A DNA stretch of 64,000 bases. Origin: Polymyxa betae A26-41 (taxonomy: Eukaryota; Protista; Endomyxa: Phytomyxea). Under the pieces are notes generated by a model. The model did no database searches. It had not been told where the DNA came from and saw only the letters and a program-made list of their open reading frames with translations. The position numbers and the translations under genes are program-made. Position 1 is the stretch's first letter; the number at the start of each line of letters is the position of its first letter. Positions 57,007 to 64,000 of this stretch are shown here, piece after piece. Where the stretch lies: contig RBZT01000832.1 in assembly GCA_003693705.1 (NCBI GenBank), positions 1 through 64,000 on the forward strand. Reading direction: 5' to 3'.

Positions 57007-59009
57007 TCATTTCTTCGATCGTAGAACGTTGCCAATTTCTCCAATCAGCTTGATATTTTTGCCAGAGTACAATGATGATAATTCAGATTCAGCTTGTTCT
57101 TTTAGAGACCTAGTATTTGCCACTTTCTGTTCAATCTGTAAACGTTCGTCATTAACCATCAACTCCTCGAAACTGTACTTACTTGATTCTGCAGCGGCAA
57201 GATGTCTCCACGTAATTCTTCCGCACGCTGATGCAGACTTGCTGCCTTCTCGATGCACTTCTTTTCCAGTGATCTAGGAATCTCAAACAATGCAACCTGA
57301 TCACAAATCAGCTAAGCAGGACAGCTTTATGGGCTGAGCGACCAATCGATCCAAATAAGAAGGCGAAGCACGAATTTTCTGCAGTCTTTGAATATGTTCT
57401 GAATCTAATAGCGCTTGTACATCTGTGATATGCTTTAAGGCCCTTTCCGCCCAAAACCGGTCCCGAACAAAATACGGCATAACATTGCCCTCAACATGAC
57501 TGGAAAAAACATCCAGGAATGTCTACCCAGCAGCTGAGAATGAGCATTTGACAGCAGTAAACTTCGATTACATCTGTGTTAAGTTCGGCGCAGCGTTGGG
57601 TCAAGAAGTATTGCAACTCAATAAGATCCGCTCGAACAGAGTTCCGAAACGAAGTATCCAGCAATGATACTTGGTCTTTGGGAGATGACGCACCGGGTTC
57701 TGGATATCATCATTATCAAATTCGGGTAACAAAACGGACTGGATAAAGCTTCAACCCTCGGAGCTAGCTTCAACAGGTTCGACACAGTTGATGTCCCACT
57801 CTTGATCGGCGCCAGATGGCTCGTCCCATTCGATTTCGACAATGTCATTTGGCTACATTGAGCTCAGAACAAGCTGGCTCCTGTAGTTCATACGGTACGC
57901 GAATATCCTCCGCCGAAGAACCCATGCAGAGTTGTAGAGCTTCGGCCGCTGTAACAGCAGTCTCTATTTTGATCAATCGTGACAGAGATCCCAATACATC
58001 TTAACCAGATTAAAAAAAAATGCATGTCAATATAACTGGCATTACCCGGCTTTTGTGCTGGCTTATCAGATCTGTCATCGGCATGATGTGTGAAGACAAG
58101 GAATTCAGAATAAAACGACAAACATTCTTGAACGACAGGTCTATTGAGCAAATTAGAACAATGTTTACAAACGTTAAATCCCATTGTTAACTTTTTCAGC
58201 TGAACCAGAATCTCTTGGTATAGATGTTGTAGTTTTGCTACTTGGGAACACAGCTGAGGTTTGGCAGGCAGCGAGGGATCGATCTGCACAGACCTGTCAA
58301 AAGCAAAGCCAAAAATAGAGGTCTGAAACTTACATCGTATCGTTTACAAAGTTTCTCATACTTCTCCTTTGCTAATAAAGAATGCCTTTCCTTGTCGGCA
58401 GCTTGCCTGTTGTGATCATCGATTGACTTCACTAAGAAGGTCAGCTCTGTGTTCAGTGCTGGGCTAACCCAATAAATCAAAGATAGCGCATCAACTGCTA
58501 GCTCTACTAACATGTCATATTTAACTGTTTGCAACAAACGTTGACAAATCTCGGCCAGATAAAGCTGCAGCAGCAATCAGGACAAGCCATTAAGAAAGTC
58601 AGACAAACACTGACATTATTTTTACGATATTCACTTCGAAGATTATCCCAAAGCCGAATTTTAGGATTATTGTACCGCCCAAACATGGATTTGACTGTTT
58701 GACCACGAGCCTCTTCATCCTTAATCATCAGCTCTATGATTTCTTGGACTTCTTTGAACCCAACGACTAAGGGAACCAAATAAGTTCAAGCAGCCATTAC
58801 CAATGGCTGAGAAAACCGGAAAAGAGTTAGTTACAATCAGCATTGACAAATTCCTGGAAAGCAGGTTGAGGCGGCAATGACCCAAGCTCGACACCAATTC
58901 GATCTTGAACGGCATCCAGACGTGTCGCCCAATCTTTGGAAATCTTATTCCGATCTGATAACCATTGGCATAGTCGATCGTATGGGATATCAATAGCCTC
59001 AATAGCCAT
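57007..59009 (-). CDS. CDK5RAP3: CDK5RAP3/C53/LZAP (UFMylation adaptor), multi-exon
   Basis: IDIPYDRLCQWLSDR...KDW, KSMFGRYNNPKIRLW...YRKNN|LYLAE...VKYD, and the C-terminal LSSLYSGKNIKLIGEI. Confidence 0.88.
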
Positions 59010-59367
59010 TTGAATTTCTCCAAACAATCACGACAGGCTGGTGGAGTAAGCGGCCAACTATATCAATCTCCGTGATTGAAATCAGATTTGAAAGGACAGA
59101 ATTTTCGTTACTTTGACAGCGACTTCAAGAAAGGCCACTACTTAGTTCTTTTCATTCGATGTTTTTTTTCGTAACGAGACGAGCTCATAGGCAACCGTAT
59201 TGTAAAGAATAAATCTGGCATTATTTTGGTGAGTTTATGAGCAAGGATTAAGTCGCTAAGACGAGCCGACGTATGGACAGACGTCAACAAGCTATTTTAA
59301 CCGTGTATTAGGCGTGCCTTATAAAAGTCCACCAACTGCTCGTATATAGTCCTAAAACTCGATTGAT

Positions 59368-60551
59368 TCAAATGCATTGCAATGACGGAATAAATACAAA
59401 CCAGGTCATGGCATTAGACAAACCTCGCCTAAATAAACGAGGACCAACTCCACGAAATAATCCAGAGGCGCCGTCTTCACTGATAGTCCTCAGACACGTT
59501 GTTAATATGCCTTCGCCGCTTCCTCGAAGCTGTCAATCGACATAACTAGATAGTTTTACAACTTTGAACTGAGAATTACCTGCATTCGAGTTCTTATCAC
59601 ATCAAAAGCTAAAAGGCCGATCACAACAAGTCTATAGCACAAACAGCAATAACTGCAGCTTACGGTGGGTTAAGGCTGTTCCGAGAACACCCGAAATGGA
59701 ACCAGATACCAAAGAAACAGTAGCGGACGATTCGTTGAAGTATTGTGAAACAATCGGCTTGATTTGAGTGAACAATAAAACATTAATCGAGCTGTAGGGG
59801 ACATCTCTAATTAAAGTCGGAATTAAACCTAGATTAACTAAGCAGACTTCTCAGACATTTACTCACAATATCACCTGCATAAAGGCCTCGAATGCCTTCT
59901 GTTTTTCCAATTGTAATAACGGCATCGATGACGCCTCGATAATTTTGATCTGTTACCAGTGCTGCCTCAAACCGTGTTTTGATCAAGGTGAGTGGATTTA
60001 GGACGATTGCCGAAATAGTTCGTGACAGTCCACCTGCAAGAGCTGCGCTCTTTAGAAACAAGATTAAAATGGAAAACAACTACATCAATGATATTATGTG
60101 GAATCCAACCTGTTTTGTCGGAACGCCTTGTTCATTTTTTACCAGCGTAAGATTGATAATGCTGAAATATAATCCAGCACCGACTGTCACGCGAGCCATT
60201 GATGGAACTAACCCTCTCCAGAGCCTATCTATCAACTGAATTTCAGTTCACTAAATGCAGTAAAAAAAGTGTTCTTACCCGGTTAGACCTTGCGACTTCG
60301 TTACGTAAGCAGCTGCATCCCAAGATCTCCTAAAGACGACCGGTTTGTCGAACTGATCCGACCGAAACGTGCCGATCATTGTTGTTTTGATCACATCGAG
60401 AGGCTAAGCCAGTTTAAAACAGCGAGTCAACAACGATTAAAAAGATGTCAAAAACCTGAAGGATAACGGCGCCCAACAGACCGCTAGAGCAGCCGGCCAA
60501 TACGTGAACCAGCGGAAGTCCATTCTTTGCTGCTGGTTGGGTATTTGACAT
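59368..60551 (-). CDS. SLC25A38: Mitochondrial carrier, SLC25A38/Hem25 (glycine carrier)-like, multi-exon
   Basis: Three carrier repeats: LQ|PLDVIKT, LWRGLVPSMARVTVGAGLYF, NPLTLIKTRFEA, PTLIRDVPYS and GLFRGVGPRLFRRGLSNAMTW. The R-D and R-R contact residues fit the Hem25 subfamily. Confidence 0.75.
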
Positions 60552-60800
60552 GGCAGCCTGCAGCCAGCGTGGACAGCCACAGCGCTGCAAACTGGATTGG
60601 AGCACTATCTACCGATTGTCGAAACCGGACTGCGCGCTTTCGAAAAAGCTCGCTTGTGGCTTTTTACCGAATTCAAAGTATACGAATTCCAACAGCATCA
60701 AATCGATAAAATCAGCATGAATTGGGAATTACCAGTCATTTATTGAATGAATTATTTTGTTTTTGGTAAAGCAATGTGTTCGACAGATAGAACGAATTTA

Positions 60801-61551
60801 TCACGGAATTTTAGCCATCGAAATTATATTCTGAAAGCTTAATCGTGTTGATTCTTGAAACAGAAGGCACTGGCCCCGAATTGAACACAACCGAACTGTA
60901 GGACATCTTGGCAAAGGCATTGAGCTATTGAAACCCTTACCTGAAAACTCAAGTTCGTTTTGCAGGATTTGCTTTGTAGTTGTAAGCATCTGCTCTAATT
61001 CTTGACATAATGTAGCTTCAATCGTTTTGGCTTGCTCTGATCGGTGCTTCAGGCTGTCCAACGTCGTTGATCTCTCTTTGTTCAACCACTGTTTATTGAA
61101 GTTGGAACATTTTTGGACTGAGATTCGCTGAATTACCTGGGTGCATAATTCTAGTTCAGCATCAGAAACCGAACGATCAGGAACTTTTTCACTATCGTAT
61201 GGAATTACAGATGTTCCTTTGCTCAAATCGGCGGAATCCTCAGGACCGATCCGCTATAATGGTTCAAGACAAACCAATCAAATTTTTTGCAGTTATCTTG
61301 TGAATCTTTACCTCAGTTGCTATATCTTTTCGTTTAGGATCTGTCTCTACAGACTGTTTATGTGTGGAGAGCTTTCCCTGATCCTCTGAATCTTGATTCT
61401 CCTTTCTTTGAAGAAATGGTAGTAAGATGTCAATCCTGCGCGAAAGAATTCTTACATTGCAGTTAGTTTGGTCGTTCTCAGTAATACGGGCTGCTTCGTG
61501 CAAAGTCTTCAAAGATTTTAAATAACGCAAATGGTTGCAAGTCTGGTGCAT
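60801..61551 (-). CDS. Hypothetical coiled-coil protein (may extend upstream)
   Basis: ORFs 61264-61551 and 60801-61226 join in phase 0 through a GT-AG intron (~61259-61311). No family was recognised. Confidence 0.4.
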
Positions 61552-63327
61552 TTACGTTGGTTTCAAAGATGGAGAGGAGGGAAGCCGATGCTATTGACGC
61601 TTTAAGCCAGCTCAGTCCAGTTCGAATCCACTGATTACCATATTTGTGATATTGGAAGGAAAAATTTGACCCTTCAGCCTCTCAGGAATTGACAGTTGCT
61701 CAGATTCGGATGCAGCGATCCTCTCTGAAGCCCCCACAGCGTCAGCTTGCTTGCCTTGAGAGGCTAAAAGGCCGAATTGAGAATCGGCTGTATTACAAAA
61801 TGCTTCAATTACATGGCTTTTTCATGTCCTGAAATGGTTTTACTCCAAGGCCATGAGCAGAAATATCACAGTCATTAGCATAATTTGTACTTATACTGGG
61901 TTGTGCAGTTTCAGGATTTCTAAGCATCGTTCTTGATTCCGGCCGCAACGCCGGGGATCCACTGCTAGATGTTGAACTAGACTTGTAATTTGCAGATTAC
62001 AAACACTGTTGCGTTCTTTGCTTACTGTTGTTCCAGTCTCGAGCCTCCTTCTTTATCTCTGGTCGAAGCTCTAAGGTGATTTTCGAAGTCTGTGGTCTTC
62101 GCTAACTTTGTGGCCCTTAAGGGCGTTTCTGGATGTTTGACAACTTTTCTGAGTATGATTTCAGTCGAAGTACGGCTTGAGAATGAAGACTCACTCATCA
62201 GGTGCTTCTGGACAGTTCTTCGGCTCCACCGTCGGACAGTAGTTGGCAGCGGCTCCTTTGGCTTTCAAGAATGTATGCTTGGGTATCAAGCTGTTAGTGT
62301 GCTTAGAAAATTGCCTGAAGCTCGCTCTGTAAATAAACTCAACAACTCAGCACTTGAACTTACTGCATACAGAATCCTTGGTCAGAGTCCTTAGAGTCAA
62401 GTCTAAATGATGTCAGAATAAGATTCGAAGCCTAATTGGATATACTTATAATCCGTATTCATTTGCTCAAACTTTAAGTCCTGGGTTGCACTAAACTGGA
62501 TGTCTCCCGCAAACCTATCCCAAACTCTGATAATGAATGCATTTCTACGTTTGACACACTGACTTCTTGGGCGGCCGAGAAAACTCGGTTCCTGGAGTTT
62601 CCGTTGCAAATTTGCTATTTGGTCGGCTCAATGATGATGAAGAAAGCGAACAGCCTCTAGACATACATAGGCATAAAGCTTGGCGGTTCCATATTGAGAG
62701 TGAGATGGTCATCTCGGTGACGCTTAGCTACCTGCGACGAGCCCAAGGCGATCTCGTCAGACGAACCTTCGATAGAATCCATTACGACTTTGAGAGCAAT
62801 GGTAAACGAACGGACAAGTCAAATGCTTTCTAACTGGATTTGGGCACTTTATAGATGCCATGTTGAGTGTAACGTTGTCCATGTCAGAAGCCACTGACAG
62901 GTGATGAAATCCGACCCAAGGCAGCAGTGCTCTGCATTGAGGCAGCCGGCCTAACTTTGTAGTATCATAGTCTCTAAACCACAGTGTCAACTTCGATGAT
63001 CTAGCCTGGCTGAAGGCTATGCGGGAGAGTTTCCGATCAAAAGGAAAAGTGATGTCGTCGCAGCAGCACGGTCCGGTATCACATTCGAAACCCAGAGCCA
63101 GCGGGATATTTTCAAACGCTATTCGGTCGAAGCTTATAAGCAAGCGTCTGTATGGTTTAAGGGCTAACGCTTGATATATACTTGACTGTGCCTTGTTTTA
63201 GTCCCTAATGGAAAGGTTTTGATGGAGTCGCCAAACAAAGATCTACATCATGCAGCGAAAAAGGCATCATTGTCCGGTCACGAAACAAAGGCGATCCTCT
63301 CGAAATCAGTGTCATTATCGAAATTGA

Positions 63328-64000
63328 ACATGCTCACGAAAAACCGGCCCAACCATCACAACAGAAAAACCCAGATACGCTCATATCAAGACGGCGGTGA
63401 GGACTGTATCATTGCCAGTTTCGAATATTGATAGCAAAACAGCGTTTGAAGTCGTTGCACGTGCAAAACTGATTGAGATCGTTGACAAGCTGCGATTTTT
63501 GGGAGATGGAACAAAAACCCCAAAGTTGGATTGCCTTTCCAGCACTCCTTTGAGGCTATCACAAAGCTTCACTCGCAAGAGTCTTACGAAAACCCCACAA
63601 TCATTACGAACTTCTAATGGTTCGGGCAAAACGCCACAGGATCTGACCGAAACGCAGTCACGAAACCTTGTTGGCTCCAACACAACGCCTTGTTTGAGAA
63701 AAACATTTCAAACACCATCTGCTAACATAGGTGCGACACCACATGATATTTCCAAGCTGATGCGCGATGCTGCCTCGATACCCTTTCTAAGTGCTCCCAG
63801 AGACATCAATTTTAGTGAAGCAGCATATAGCCCATCAGGTAATTTTCAAGCACAAATATCATCATCCGAAACCATCACTATCGAAACTCCGATTCCTTCT
63901 GCTCAAAAGGGATTCGACTCTGAATCACAATATTCTATATCTTTACAAAAATTCAACGAGTTCAGATGGCAACCAAGATCTCCCGATGATTGCTGGCAGC
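63328..64000 (+). CDS. Partial Ser/Thr/Pro-rich hypothetical protein running off the window end
   Basis: A plus-strand frame is open from 63328 to 64000 (…TAFEVVARAKLIEIVDKLRFLG…KTPQ…WQPRSPDDCWQ). The start is unresolved. Confidence 0.4.

Noticed and set aside
61585-61640. GTTCGAATCC...ACCA resembling a tRNA T-loop and CCA end
   Set aside because: The T-stem, acceptor stem and D/anticodon arms do not pair.

Overview
Gene-dense eukaryotic nuclear DNA, roughly mid-40s % GC by eye. It has many short GT-AG introns of about 45-55 nt, so the ORF track splits most genes into pieces. Flagellar/centriolar genes (kinesin-9, POC1, IQCH) point to a flagellated protist. The overall style is consistent with a phytomyxid such as Spongospora or Polymyxa, but this is inference and was not tested. 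About 22 protein-coding loci can be reconstructed. Well-supported ones include three ABCC transporters (two are an inverted paralogous pair), FANCM/Mph1, KIF9, a TTP-type tandem zinc finger, adenylate kinase, IQCH, an S9A oligopeptidase, POC1 and CDK5RAP3. Also present are a RhoGAP-like/polyproline/WH2 actin regulator, a TTC14-like gene, ROMO1/Mgr2 (missed by the ORF track) and a very Gln-rich protein. Mobile and repeat DNA comprises a decayed hAT transposase, a ~530-bp TA-flanked inverted-repeat element that supplies the FANCM stop codon, and a 4x29-bp intronic minisatellite. No rRNA, tRNA or CRISPR is supported. The most novel-looking items are the Arg-finger-less RhoGAP-polyPro-WH2 protein, the MITE-rewritten FANCM C-terminus and its triplicated N-terminal motif, and the Gln-rich protein carrying a fungal-like domain. 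All family assignments come from motif recognition by eye; no database search was run.
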